A DNA stretch of 64,000 nt from Chrysomallon squamiferum (GCA_012295275.1 CM022667.1:21700001-21764000), one strand, 5' to 3'. Numbered from the stretch's first letter, positions 10,865 through 26,118 are shown. Notes: a model not told the origin generated them from the sequence alone. Translations and numbers: made by a program.

Positions 10865-11844
10865 TTTTAGATCTGCTTTCTTTCTCCCGGTTTCACTTAT
10901 GAATACGCACTACCTTTGACTTAGTAAAGTCTTGAAGCATGAAGACAGCTTTGGTTCAGCTGTGGATGGCTACTAAACAGTGGTTTATATTTTGTTCTGT
11001 AACAACTGCACATTTTCTAAACACATTTGTATGGATGGTTTGTTTTCAGAGCTACTGAAATCTGAATTATTATTTGAAACCTTTTTTCTTTTTTCAGTGT
11101 ATTTAGTAATATAATAAACTATTTAAACCTCTACCAATACTATTACTACTACTGCTTCTACTACTACCACTACTTTTACTATCATCACTACTATGTTACA
11201 AGTAGAATATATATATTTTTTTAATTTAACGTTGGCGGTTCTAGCCACAATGCAGCCATTAAGCTAATTGACTTGAGTATTGTGTGTTTAAGCGACATTA
11301 TCCTGAACTCAGTGCCAGCGTGGCCAAGGGAGATTGTATACCTCAGAAAATGTCCTACCTCTAAATTAGGGAAAACAACAACTACAATAACAACAACAAA
11401 ACGGCAAAGAAAATCAGAGTAGCGAATTGCATGGTCTTTTATTAGCCGTAAACGACTAGAAATAACCACAGATCAAAAATGCTCCATTAACTGCACAGTT
11501 TCTTATTCCATCTTCTGTGGTATTTTACTACAAATAACGACTTCGTGTAAAACGTAATTAAGTCACGTTTTACGTAATGTGACCTGGAAAACAGCGTTTA
11601 TCATGATATTGACATTGACTGATGTGGCATTTTAACAGCAGAAGTACTCTAATTCTAAAATTAGCTGTAATGGACTGAAAGAAAATGTGATTTGTGGCAA
11701 TACTGGAAAACTGAACTCTCAGTGTCGAAGAGTTACTATAATTATGTCTTAACTGCTTTTTTCACGCAGTTTGTAATGTTTGTAGGTGAAAAGTAAAATT
11801 TCTCTTCCTTACTCTCACTCTCGTAAAAGCAATCACCACCACCA

Positions 11845-12065
11845 ACACAGACACACATACACACACACAGCCACAAACACAAACATACACATACACACAG
11901 ACACACACATACATACTCACACACACAGACACACATACTCCACACACATACACACAGACATACACACACAGACATACACACACAAAGACACACACACAAA
12001 CATACACACATAAATACATACACACACAGATACACACATACAGACATACACAAATACACACACAG

Positions 12066-12093
<28 letters not shown>
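11845..12093 (+). repeat. (CA)n-rich compound microsatellite
   Basis: Seen directly. Confidence 0.95.
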
Positions 12094-12096
<3 letters not shown>

Positions 12097-13480
12097 CTTA
12101 ATTTCATATGAATCTGTTCGCTGTCTAATCACTTTTTAAAACAGAAGTGCTAAAATTTCAAGCAAAAACTGCGTCGTGTAGAAACACTGAATATGCCATT
12201 TGTAAATTAATAAAAATCCTTACCGAACGTGAATTAGTGCTAAGTTCGTTTCAGCGCCTCAAGTGATGAAAGTATTTGGAACAAGTGTTGCATTTAGTAC
12301 ACTCAAGACGCTTGAGGATAAAGTCTTCTACCAGAGAGTTGTGTGCGCTGTTCTTCAGTCCTGTGACAGACATTTAATTAAGACTCGCAGTATCAAGAAA
12401 CTCACACACCAATTGAATTCAGATGTGCGTCTTCTACTGCTTCTCTGTCTACAGCCGACAGATTTCTCAAAGACAGGCCGACTTTATTCTCAAGAATATT
12501 AAGGCAGACATTGGAAATGTCTTAATGGGATGAAGTGAGGCCAAATGACGTGCGTAAGATATGTCAATTTTACTGTCTACAAAACGACAATTAAATTACT
12601 TTATTCGACGAATACCTGAAGCCTATATTCAGTGTTCAAAGATGTATAATGTCGACTAGATTATAAATGTATAAATTACCAGTCGTTATTCATGAGATTT
12701 GCAAGTTTCGAAAACATCTCCTTGGGAACAAGCTAGGACAGCGTTAAATATAACGATACTTTATTATTAGGACTAAATGAACTCAAGCACGCACAAATAA
12801 TCCATAATGTGTGTATGTTTTTATATGCATATCTGCTTGCTCTTAAACTGAAATCCTACAGAAGCTTAGATAGACGCAAATGCTCATTTATAGAGAAATT
12901 CACATAGCACATTGACATATAAATACTCTTTACACTACACAGTCTAAAAACGGTTTGAAGACGAATAGATCTACCAATACACTTTGTTACTCTGCTCAGT
13001 TAAAATAAATCGGGTTTTTTTGTTGTTGTTGTTTTTTTTTGTTGTTTTTTTATCTTTTATCTTCGTTAAAATTAGAAAAAAGAAACAAACAAAAAAGGGT
13101 TAAATCCGGTGTATGTAAGGCATTACAGTCAGGACTAATATCTAAATCATCAAAAACAAAACAAACAGTAATATGCTTAATTTAGATTTGGTTTTATGTA
13201 TATTACTGTTAGTTTATACAGAAATAAACGGAGAGTTAGGCCTAACCTAGAGGCGCCTATAACTAAATCACTTACTGTGCAGCCAGACAGTTGTTAAAAT
13301 AAACACACCAGACGATTCTTCAGATTTCACCACACCACAGCAGGATGAATGGTGATTTTAACACCGAACCTCTTTTATCAAAGTCTTATTTTATTTTATT
13401 TGAGATTTATTTATGTTTATTTTTATTTATTTATTTATTTATATATGTATGTATTTATCTATTTATGTATTTATTTATTT

Positions 13481-13797
13481 TTTGAAAGGTATAACAAATA
13501 TTTTTAACTATATATTGTTGTAAACACGTTACCATATTATCAAAAACTAGTTGATGAAAGATGGTTTCAGCTGGTTACTTTGTACCAAGTTTATATGTTT
13601 GCGACAGTGCTGACAGTATTAATCATTAAACGACAACGAGAAAGATTCAGTTACTTAGAGATAAAAGAGTTTTCATAATTATTTTCTTTTACCCGCCTTC
13701 CGGAGGATTCCAGCAGAAATAAATAATGCATGATGGAAATAAAACATTTTGTTTTATTCACTACATAAGTGAATTTTTGAATTATTCTCAACTAAAT

Positions 13798-13855
<58 letters not shown>
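13481..13855 (+). repeat. ~320-bp dispersed repeat with (CT)n tail, copy a
   Basis: Near-identical to 23699-24097 and 37852-38236, with only scattered substitutions. Confidence 0.92.
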
Positions 13856-13857
<2 letters not shown>

Positions 13858-14143
13858 AATAAAAAAAAAATGAAAATTAAAAAGTACAATTAAATTAAAG
13901 ATTATAAATAATAAAATAAAATAATAATAATAAAAAATAAATAAATAAATAAAAATATAAATAAATAAATAAACAGAAAATAAAACCAAACAAAAAAATG
14001 AAGAACAACCAAACAAAACAAACACAGAATACAACAACAGAAAACAAAAACAAAAAACAACAACAATAATCGCCCGAAAAAAACACAAATAACAACAAAA
14101 ATCCACAATCCACACTTATTAACTGCTGACATACTCTCAGAAG

Positions 14144-14172
14144 ATATATATATATATACACAAACACACACA

Positions 14173-14224
<52 letters not shown>

Positions 14225-14357
14225 TATATATATATACACAAACACACACATATATGTATAGATATATATATATATACACACACACTTATATATATATATA
14301 CACAAACACACACATATATGTATAGATATATATATATATACATTACATACATACATA
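14144..14357 (+). repeat. (TA)n/(CA)n compound microsatellite
   Basis: Seen directly. Confidence 0.95.
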
Positions 14358-15008
14358 AAGCTAAACATTTAAATAAATGCTAATATTATTAAACTTCACA
14401 GTTTTAGCTAAATTTCATTTTGACTTATAGAGTGTATTTTACACTTACTTTGTAGTAACGGTATTTGTCCAGCAAATAATTTTTTTTTTTTTTTTTTTAA
14501 ATAAAAATATCCTGTCATGATAACATGTAATTTTCTTCTACCACTGCCAGCTAAAACGTGATCAGGTAACTCGCATTGACAGTGACAGTTAAGTGATACC
14601 TAAGTCATCATGGAGATAACAGCCTCATTCAATCTGTGTTATTAATTATCGTCTTGCTATGATCCATACGTATAATACAGTTGAAGACAGTCTCTTCGAA
14701 ATTTCAATTTGAAAAACAAACAAGCAAAAAACGATATCAATATAACAACAATAACTGTAGTAGTAATAGAGGTAGTGTTAGAAGACGTAGCAGTAGTAGT
14801 AATAAATAAATAAAATTAATAAAACAGCAATTCATGGATCTAGTGATATGTAGAGACGCCCACCAAAGTTTTAATAAATATACCGTCACTACAATAACAG
14901 CAATAACTACTACTATTACTCTACTACTACCAATACTACTACTAATAATAATCTGAATTTTAAAATAAAGTTAGATTTTCAGACTTATTTAAAATATATT
15001 TGCTACGA

Positions 15009-15930
15009 CGTCAGGTTGTAATGTCTAGTACTAGCGGCTGTCTCTAATCGTCAGGTTGTAATGTCTAGTACTAGCGGCTATCTCTAATCGTCAGGTTGTA
15101 ATGTCTAGTACTAGCGGCTATCTCTAACTTTCAGGTTGTAATGTCTAGTACTAGCGGCTATCTCTAATCGTCAGGTTGTAATGTCTAGTACTAGTGCCTA
15201 TCTCTAATCGTCATGTTGTAATGTCTAGTACTAGCGGCTATCTCTAATCGTCAGGTTGTAATGTCTAGTACTAGCGGCTATCTCTAATCGTCAGGTTGTA
15301 ATGTCTAGTACTAGCGGCTATCTCTAATCGTCAGGTTGTAATGTCTAGTACTAGCGGCTATATCTAACTGTCAGGTTGTAATGTCTAGTACTAGCGGCTA
15401 TCTCTAATCGTCAGGTTGTAATGTCTAGTACTAGCGGCTATCTCTAATCGTCAGGTTGTAATGTCTAGTTCTAGTGCCTATCTCTAATCGTCAGGTTGTA
15501 ATGTCTAGTACTAGCGGCTATCTCTAACTGTCAGGTTGTAATGTCTAGTACTAGCGGCTATCTCTAATCGTCAGGTTGTAATGTCTAGTACTAGTGCCTA
15601 TCTCTAATCGTCAGGTTGTAATGTCTAGTACTAGCGGCTATCTCTAACCGTCAGGTTGTAATGTCTAGTACTAGCGGCTATCTCTAATCGTCAGGTTGTA
15701 ATGTCTAGTACTAGCGGCTATCTCTAATCGTCAGGTTGTAATGTCTAGTACTAGCGGCTATCTCTAATCGTCAGGTTGTAATGTCTAGTACTAGCGGCTA
15801 TCTCTAATCGTCAGGTTGTAATGTCTAGTACTAGCGGCTATCTCTAATCGTCAGGTTGTAATGTCTAGTACTAGCGGCTATTTCTAATCGTCAGGTTGTA
15901 ATGTCTAGTACTAGCGGCTATCTCTAATCG
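15009..15930 (+). repeat. 40-bp minisatellite, 23 copies
   Basis: CGTCAGGTTGTAATGTCTAGTACTAGCGGCTATCTCTAAT head-to-tail with no spacers; internal palindrome CTAGTACTAG. Confidence 0.98.
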
Positions 15931-17201
15931 CAGTCTGGGCCAGTGGACTGTTTGCTGTGGGTAACATCTAGATGACAGATCCCAGTATCAGAAATCTAAG
16001 ACCATTTGTACATCAACTGCTGATTCACTGGAGGCGCCCCTCCACTATGGCTTATTTATTTATTTATTTATTTATTTAGTTATTTATTTATCATCCATTC
16101 TTTTTTCTTCTTCTTCTTCTTTTGTAATAAAACCAGAATATAAACATTTAAATTAAAGAATAAACGTTACACTGCGGCCATTGAGGAGAAATAGTTCAAG
16201 TAATAAATCTATTTACTCACCCAGTTCACATTTACACTAATAACACAAACAAACAAAAAACAGTCATATATTAAGAAACATTTATTAAGAAACAATCAGA
16301 AAATGATATTAATTAAAATATCTTCTGCTTTGTCTTCACATTAACCACTATACATTCAGCGATCGGAATGTTCGCGAATTCTTTAATGATATATCTGATA
16401 TTAATTTTTTAATTATTACCGTCTCTTTTGTTTGCAGTAAATGTTTCAGATTATGTAACTATTGCACTTGAATCCAGACTAGGACAAAACTACATCACTA
16501 ATTCAGTTAGAATTACATTAACTAAACCCACAAAGGAAATATATTGTGTTATCTTTATCTAAGCAGCTTTTCATGAATATACATGGTTGTGACGAACAGT
16601 AAAACTGATTTATAAAGCGTTGATAGTTAAACTATAGGGACATTAACAGAGGAGACTATACAGTTATAACTAAGAAATCACGTGACATATCTAGATAGCT
16701 GTTAGCTCGGAACCGTCTCAGAGGAAAAGGTTTGCTTAATCTGAACGTCTGACCTGAAATAAATCAACGTTTATACGATGACATTACTTTTGTTAATTTG
16801 TTTTCTATGCAAATTATTTTAAACTCAGAAGCAGATATGTTAAACGAACAAACTAAAAATAATTAATGTTGAAATTATTAATTCAATTCATGTACGGATA
16901 TTATGGTCAAACGCTAGCCAGGAAATTTAAATTTCAGTATTAGTCAGTTAACGTTGTTAAAACAAACTTCCATGTAGACGGAGTCTGGAAATATTCTCCA
17001 GTGGCTGTGATATCACAGCTCCGTTCAAACTATCATTCATTCAAAACAGCGATAAGTAATAGTAATAAACCCCTTCTCATATCACTTTCTTAGAAAAGTA
17101 GAAAATAATTACCTTAATTTGGTTCACTGTTTTCTAAAAACTTTAGTGGGACTCTCTATATATATATATTTATAAAATTAAATAAAATCCATCAAGTTTC
17201 A

Positions 17202-17317
<116 letters not shown>

Positions 17318-18958
17318 TTTATTTTTTATATTTTATATTTTATATTTTATATTTTATATTTTATATTTTTATTTTTGTTTGTTTAATATCCACACGCTTA
17401 CTGAATCCAGTTCCCAAAATGATACGGATAAACTTCATCTGTCTGTCAGACCTACTCTTGCCTTGTGTTGGTTATATTTTAATAAGATATGAGACCAGCC
17501 CCATCATATCTTTGCTTATGAAGACAATTTGAACTTTTAACCTTGCAGCAGAACTCTCGCGACATTGATTATGTATGATACTGGTGTCAATCGGGCGTTT
17601 AATCAAAGCAGTGCAGAAAATTACTTATAATTATTATGTTTACTGTGGATCTTACACTCAGTGTGGCAGATATAACCATTAGTATCTGGGAGTAAAGCCA
17701 ATGCAGACTGAAGTTATTTGTGTGTAATCAACGATTTCATATTAGATATATCATAATTATCTCCCTTGGGCTAAGCCTGGATCCATTAACTTTATCAGAA
17801 ATTCCCTTTATTTCTTCTAAACAAGATTGTGGCGTATTTTGTACTATTCAGTATTATTTGTCTAATTGTAATATAATAATATTATTATGCAGTCTGACAA
17901 TCAGTTATCAGATTGATATTTTACTTAAGGTTAGCCTTTTATTGAAAACTATAAATATATATGCCGATGATAATATTGGTGACTTATTTACTTACTTGAT
18001 CATAAACGAGAAAAACACAACAAAATCCTCGGAAAGCCCATCTCGATTTGAAATTGTATGTTGACGCCGTTTTCTGGGCCAGAAAAGGTTTGTCCATTTT
18101 TTAAATTTAATATTGATTTATTGCAAACTTTAAAACAACTCTTAGAATTACAACAGTTAGATTACATAACCCTTAAAAATATTATGTTCTATTGTGGTAA
18201 TTCAACATAAACAGCTTTCTCATTAACAGACAGAGGATCAGCGAGGAAGACAGACGTCTGCTCAGACGTGACACACTGAGTGTAAACATCACGTACAAGA
18301 CTCGTCTTCGTGATAACAGATTATGATAGAGTTATAAGTATATACCAGTGTGACAGTATCACATACGCTATTTCTCTTTGTTTATTTATAACAGCCCCAG
18401 TGAACACAGTGATGGGTGGGGTTTAAATGTCGCTCACTGATGTTAAAAGTTAAGTTAGATTTTCTTCGCATATTAAAGGTGTTTTCTTCATCGGTATATA
18501 TTTTTTGCATCTTCACTGGAACTAGTTGTAACTTAGGTTTTGTTAATTATCTTAAAGTTATAAAAATAAAAAAATATATATATAATAATAAAACAAAATA
18601 AATAAATAAATAAATAAATAAAATAAAATAAAATAATAAAAAAATTAATAAAAATAAAAAAACAACAACAATAATGATAATAATGTGATGTTATTTCTTT
18701 ATAGCGAATATGTTTATATTTGGAAAATTATATAAACTATTTTAGAAATAACGGATCTGATCGTGGTTTAAACAAGATCACCAACATCTTAGATTGTTTC
18801 ATTTTCACACGTCGTGGATGTAATGTTTAAACAAAGTCTGTTTATAGATTCTTATTTATATTTTACTTTCTTTGATCTTCCAGATAGAAGACACTGATAT
18901 AAGCTAACACTATGTTTATAAACAAACATCATCTAACAGTTCGAGCAGGCTGTTAGAC

Positions 18959-19033
<75 letters not shown>

Positions 19034-19947
19034 TATATATGATGTGTGAACGTGTGTGCATGATTCTGTGTGTGTGTGTGTGTGTGTGCGTGCGCGCGCG
19101 TGTGCGTGTGCGTGTATGTTTGTTTCTATATTATAAAAGCATTCCGTTCTGGAGACGAGAGACTTCAGACCTATGCTATTAATAAAAAGAAAACAAATAG
19201 TATTAGGTTCTGTGGAAAATCACTCACAAATATCAGGATTAACTTAATTACCTCGCTTTTGTCATTTCTTGTAGAGACATCGTGTAGCTTGGATCGACAG
19301 TGGTTGCCATGGCGATAACTATTCCTTCCTAATCAACATATTAACATGTCTCTCTTAGTAAGGAAATCTTTGTTGCTCAACATTCTAGTCTAGAATGATT
19401 CTCTCTTTGTTTTCTTGATATTTGCAGCATTGTTTCTCATCTCCAAAGTGGAGTATTTATAACATTTAATATAAAAGTAAAATATAAACAAGAGATCTGT
19501 GATAAAAATGAATGTTCGGATTTAAAAAATACACACCTCCCCCCAAAAAATAAATAAATAAAATAAAACCAACCAGTCAGAAATAAGAACAAAAAAATTA
19601 CCCGACGGATGTAAACACAGATATACACATTCCCCAAATTCAAATATTCATGTACACAAAAGTTTATACACGTGTGAAAACACAGCTGTTATATGTAAAT
19701 TTATAACACAGATATATATGCTCTAAGAAATATAACCAAATATACATGGATGCACAACGTAAACACGGATATACACGGACCTGTAAACGCAAACAAAGCT
19801 ATACCTGGACATATAAATGTAAAAACACAGATATAGATAGATACTGAAGCGTGAACAAAAATATACATTGACACACAAGTGTAAATAAAAATATACATTG
19901 ACACACAGATATATATGGACATGCAAATATTAACAGAAACACATATG

Positions 19948-20252
19948 CAAATGTAAACAGATATAATTGGATATACAGATATAATTGGATATACAAATGT
20001 AAACAGATATAATTGGATATACAAAAGTAAACAGATATAATTGGATATACAAATGTAAACAGATATAATTGGATATACAAATGTAAATACAGATATATAT
20101 GGTTATACAAATGTAAACAGATATAATTGGATATACAAAAGTAAACAGATATAATTGGATATACAAATGTAAACAGATATAATTGGATATACAAATGTAA
20201 ATACAGATATATATGGTTATACAAATGTAAACAGAAATTATATGGATACAAA
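19948..20252 (+). repeat. 28-bp minisatellite, ~10 copies; duplicate near 34087-34390
   Basis: Unit AAATGTAAACAGATATAATTGGATATAC. Confidence 0.93.
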
Positions 20253-21115
20253 AATATGTAGACAGATTTATATTATATACATATTTATCTATCTCTATAC
20301 ATACACAAACACACACACATAAGATAGAGTGAACCATGTTCATGGATACACATAGATATACATGACATACAAACATAAGAAACAGGTGATATAATTTTGT
20401 TTTATCTACAATTACTGTATATAGTGGTATGACATTGTGACCTGATAATTTCCTATATTTTCGGGGATTGACCAAAAATATAATTTTTTTATATACACAC
20501 CCAGATTATATACACACACATATGAGTGTTATTGAGTGTTTAATTACTGATTTAGATATTTAACCATTTTAGAAAGTTTCCATTAAAAAATTAACAAATA
20601 AATTGTTGAAAGTACGAACTATTTGTTTTCAGGTAGACTAACAACGAAATCAACACACACGAATCCACGGCTGTCGAAGCGAGTTGATAAAAATTTAATT
20701 TCATTTAGTTTTCATATTATTTAGGATTGCAGGACAAAAGATATAACAGTTCAGATCGAATGGCCCAAGAAAGCTCGACAAAGCCTCACTGAATTCGGCC
20801 TTTCTCATCTTCGCAGGATAAAGCTGATGTCTAAAGAGAGTATCCAGTTATTCCCTATATAACCCGTCTAAGAAACAACATACACACAAACACAAGCAAA
20901 CATTGATATACATCTAATATATTATTTTATTATTTTGTTTAGTGCCGTTTGATGTAATAACTTGCAAGTTATTAATACTCTTTGGTATATGTGTATTTAG
21001 TGTTGTGTCAGATCTTTACAATTTCGAATTTGTTTCATTGTTTGTAATCTTACAAGAAATTGGAGTCTGTTGATTCGATAGAACTTCTATATTTTTCTCA
21101 TTTTATTTTTTACAG

Positions 21116-21352
21116 GAAATATCAAATATAACATAACTTAACTTTATAAATTTATAACAAGAGTATAAGGTTGGAATTTCACTTTGACCATTATTGAGCT
21201 CATTTTATCATTCGGGACTTGTCGGATAATTTCGACTACACTGGAAATTAGAACTACTTCTACTACTTTTTCAACATCAGTCCCCGGCTTTACGTGTTTT
21301 ATACACTTCTAATCTGCTGTTATAATAACGGTGCTTGTTTATAACAACGCAG
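21116..21352 (+). other. Candidate non-coding (5'UTR-type) exon; duplicate 35257-35493
   Basis: Acceptor TTTTCTCATTTTATTTTTTACAG, consensus donor CAG|GTGAGT, no ATG in 237 nt, stops in all frames. Confidence 0.45.
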
Positions 21353-22118
21353 GTGAGTGAATTACTTTGTTCTAGAATGCTGTAACAGACTCATCTTCCC
21401 AGTTGTATTCTTGTTGTATAAGACTGTGACTTGCCTCTGATGACAGGACTCAGCCAGCCCGCGCTGTGTGTGAAATGAAGGTACATCTTTTATGTACTTT
21501 TATCCACTGAGTAAGCTAAACTGTTAAAGCTCAAATATATTCATTTTTTTACTTTTTTTTACTTTTATAAGAGTGCTGTATAAAACTTTTTCTTCTACAA
21601 AAAATGACCAAATATTTCCCCTTTTAACATTAATTGAAATCTTTTTTATTATCCGAATTAGAATTATAATGGCAATCAAATTTCTCATTTTCTGCATATT
21701 AAAAATTATGTTTACTGAAAAATTATAATATGTGTCATAATTGCACGTAGGGTATATATGTATAGCACACATGCACACACATTTGTTTGTGATTTTAATA
21801 AATAAATATATATATATTTTTTTAAATGTGTTTTACATTATAGTGATTAGGAAAAACAAATACATAGAATTTACGAAGAATTTAATTTCATAATTTAAAA
21901 CACAATATTTTCGATTTTGTAGGTTATTAAAATCTTTGTAAAACATTTGAAAATCTAAAACTTACACTCAGAATATAATTCCTGCTTTGACTGTTTCGTA
22001 CCTAATTTCTCTAAACACATATTAATTCAACATTCTTTTTTTATCACCACCACTTTTGTAATAAATCCATTTTAACGCCCTTAAAAGCTTTCTCTCTCTG
22101 TTTCTCTTTTTCTTAAAG

Positions 22119-22159
<41 letters not shown>

Positions 22160-23698
22160 TATATTCTAATATAAAGATCATTCTGTGTAACCAAGTGTAG
22201 ATCTAGACATATTTATAAGGATTGGATCTGCACTGATGATTTAAAAATAATAATAAATAAATAAAAATAAAAATAAAATAAAATACAATAAAATAAAACA
22301 GTCCGTAATGCTGTATGACATAGAACTGTCAAGTTTGTATTTAAAATTTCCCTAAGTTACATGGGTATTGTAATTAATCTGTACTAAAGGACCGCGTTAC
22401 AACGCTTGTGTCAAGTTCGAAGACAGCAAGGGAAATAAAGCAGTTCGAACGGTTAAAAAAAATAATATCAGTAATAATTTCTCGCGTGTAAAGTAATCTT
22501 TCTGCACGTTGCTAACACTGGACAAGGTCAACTAAGACGTCCAAGGATGCAGGTTTTCTGCTTCGTGTTACCGCCGCTATGGTGGGACGTGGGGGGGGGG
22601 TCTTTCCCAGGGCGCCAACTGCACTGAGTGTCAGTACGTGTGACAAACCACAACGACACAGTTTTCACGGGGCTACGTCACGCTTAGATAATTCCTCTGT
22701 GTAGATGTTTACAGTTGACTTGAGTTTTCCTATACTTACAACTCTTTTCACCAACCAACACGTCGAATTAAAGATCTCTTCAAGCCGGTTGAAGTTTGAC
22801 CTTTGTAATTTTAATTAATTGTCAAACAAAAGAAAATCACTGAAATATTATATGTTACAGAACAGACTAAATAACAGATTCATTTTCAAATGCTAAATAT
22901 ATCTAAAATCATTTCAGTGTGTGAAGCGGTAGTTCAAGTTTTAGTAAATTTCAAATGATCGATGTGTTTGTAAGTGCAGTATTCAGGATCTGGCACGGAC
23001 TAGTGATAATTCTGCTGGAAATCAGTGTATGAATGAGTTTCCACATATATCCTCCAGGGTTCATACACGTTTGTTCCGCAGACAAAGTCTTTGACCACGC
23101 CGGAATCTCCCTTCAGAAAGATGTTATTGTTCTTACAATTCTCTCTCGTGTCTCGAGCAATTATCAAGCGTTAAGAACTCCCAATGGCGTGTATTAACGT
23201 GTTATCAGATGTTTTTTATTTATATATTCTGATCGTTTTCTTATCTTAATAATAAATACAGGTCTATATGGAATACTTAATTAAAAATAAAAACAGCCAA
23301 TAATAATGCTTTACGAAGAAATAAAAGTGACAGGTTTCTTTTGGTGGGCATACGAACATTTTAAATATTAATTAATTCTGTCGTTTCATCTCAAGCACGA
23401 AGATAAATGTGAAGTTTGAAACTGAATGTCTAGCAACTTCCTCAGGTCTATATATGAATTACAAAAACTAGTGTAATCGACACGAACCTAATTAATATTA
23501 TTTAATTATTTTTCCCAAAGCTAATTTTGTATTAACTTGTTAGAGCGGATTCGGATCACCTGGTCAAACGTTAAATTTCTAAATGCAAATCAGCTAGAAG
23601 AACGTCACTGAACGTATTTATTATAAATAATCCCCCTCTCTCAAATAACGAAAATAAATTATTTTTATTTATTTATATATTATTATTATTATTATTAT

Positions 23699-24015
23699 TT
23701 TGAACGATATAACAATAATTTTGAACTATATATCATTGTAAACACGTTACCATATTATCAAAAACTAGTTGATGAAAGATGGTTTCAGCTGGTTACTTTG
23801 TACCAAATTTATATGTTTACGACAGTGCTGACAGTATTAATCATTAAACGACAACGAGAAAGATTCAGTTACTTAGAGATAAAAGAGTTTTCATAATTAT
23901 TTTCTTTTACCCGCCTTCCGGAGGATTCCAGCAGAAATAAATAATGCATGATGGAAATAAAACATTTTGTTTTATTCACTACATAAGTGAATTTTTGAAT
24001 TATTCTCAACTGAAT

Positions 24016-24097
<82 letters not shown>
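23699..24097 (+). repeat. ~320-bp dispersed repeat with (CT)n tail, copy b (duplicate 37852-38236)
   Basis: Matches 13481-13855. Confidence 0.92.
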
Positions 24098-24102
<5 letters not shown>

Positions 24103-24399
24103 ATTTATTTATTTATTTTTATTAATTATTATCTTTTCTCGCTCTCATGATTCGAGATTTTCTTTATGTGGGGAGATACTTATTTAAGAAGACTAGATGG
24201 TAACTGATAAAAAATAACATATTTTATAGTTTATTATTTTATCATTTATAGTTTATCATTACACTGAAAAACTTTTTATTATGTACTATCATTTCGTGAA
24301 CTATTACTTTATCAATTTTAAACCCCTACACACGTACATACACTTAATATAATATCTATAGATAGACAAATAGAGAGACATATATATATATATATATGT

Positions 24400-24868
24400 A
24401 ACGTTATTTTTGTTTGTTATTTTGTTGTATTGTTATTTTCGATGTCTGTTATCTATGATGTACTGTTATCTTCGACGTGTTTTATTTCTGATGTGCTTTT
24501 TTTCTATGTATGTAATTTTTGATGTGCTGTTATTTTCGATGTGTGTTATATCTGACCTTTTTTTTCGATACATATTTGACGCACCTGTTATTTTCGCTGT
24601 GTTTTATATTTGAACTATTTTCAATGTGTGTTATGTTTATGTACTGTTATTTTTGGTGTAATGTTATTTTTGATGTACAGTTATTTTTGGTGTACTGTTA
24701 TTTTTATGTAGTTATTTTTGATGTACTGTTATTTTCAATGTGTGTTATTTTTATGTATGTTATTTTTGATGTACTGCTATTTTCAATGTGTGTTATTTTT
24801 ATGTATGTTATTTTCAATATGTGTTATTTTTAATGTATGTTATTTTTGATGTACTGCTATTTTCCATG
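24400..24868 (+). repeat. Degenerate ~15-17 bp minisatellite; duplicate near 38543-39010
   Basis: Reiterated TGTTATTTTTGATGTAC-like units. Confidence 0.88.
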
Positions 24869-25077
24869 TGAACAGTTGTGTGACGTGTCTCATTACTGAA
24901 GAAGGAGACTGTGACTAGAATCAATAAATTAATTATTCGGAACAAAACATCATACACCATTACTGGTTTGCCAAGATATTGAACGCGTCCATTATTATTA
25001 CCTACAGACACGTGCGTTGACAAAACACTAGACACGAGATGTCAGTCAGCAGAACCACCAGAGCTAATTTCATCTGT

Positions 25078-25308
25078 CAGACACACACATACACACTATC
25101 ACAGACACACACATACACACTATCACAGACACTCACATACACACTATCACACACACATACACACTATCAAAAGACACTCACATACACACTATCAAAGACA
25201 CACACATACACACTATCACAGACACACACATACACACTATAAAAAGACACACACATACACACTATCAAAGACACACACATACACACTATCACAGACACTC
25301 ACATACAT
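25078..25308 (+). repeat. 24-bp minisatellite; duplicate near 39220-39450
   Basis: Unit ACAGACACACACATACACACTATC. Confidence 0.9.
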
Positions 25309-25811
25309 ACAAAGTATATATATATATATATATATATATAAGTTCGAAAATATGTATGTGTTTGTATGTAGATATATCTGTATGTGAGTATGTACGTATG
25401 TATACATACATGTATGTGCGTCTGTGTGTGTATTTGTGTAAATATATATGGGCTGGTGTATGAGTGTGTACACACGTGTCTGTGTGTGCATGCGGCACAC
25501 ATGAACCTACAAAAGAGATACTGATTTTAAACGTGCTATGTAGAACCTGTGTCTAAGATAGATCTGTGAGTGTAACTATTACATGAACGGAGTAGAAAAA
25601 GCCGGCAGATGGAGATAAAAATTATGTATATTAATAACTTGAAACAACACGATAAATAATTTACTTTAAGTGTGTTTGTGAAAAATGACTCGTATTTTTA
25701 TTTTTATCAGATAGTTTGTGTTAATGAGTAATGAAAATAATCATTATTTCTTTTCTGTTATTAAATATCCCGGAAAACACTATCAATAAGTGATGTGACG
25801 AACGGATTGTA

Positions 25812-25860
<49 letters not shown>

Positions 25861-26055
25861 ATTATTAATATTATTATTATTATTATTATTAATATTATTA
25901 TTATTATTATTATTTTATTATCATTACATTTGGGTTTGTTTTATTTGTTTGTTTGTTTATTTATTTATGTTTGTTTGTATAATACAAAAGAGAGAGAGAG
26001 CAAATCTTCCCATTACAATATGTTATTTTATAATCGGTTACCATTTGGTCTTCTT

Positions 26056-26118
<63 letters not shown>

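Noticed and set aside
12263-12502. 79-aa ORF in slightly GC-richer sequence
   Set aside because: GTG start, no recognisable family, and no coherent splice sites.
15009-15930. CRISPR-like look of the 40-bp palindromic repeats
   Set aside because: Units are contiguous with no unique spacers, there are no cas genes, and the context is an intron-rich eukaryote.
17720-18190. 114-aa ORF, extended to 168 aa in the second copy (31849-32355)
   Set aside because: No recognisable domain or splice context. The length differs between copies through small indels in an error-rich zone.
21436-21480. CTGATGA...GAAA resembling a hammerhead ribozyme core
   Set aside because: Stem II does not close and stems I and III cannot be formed.
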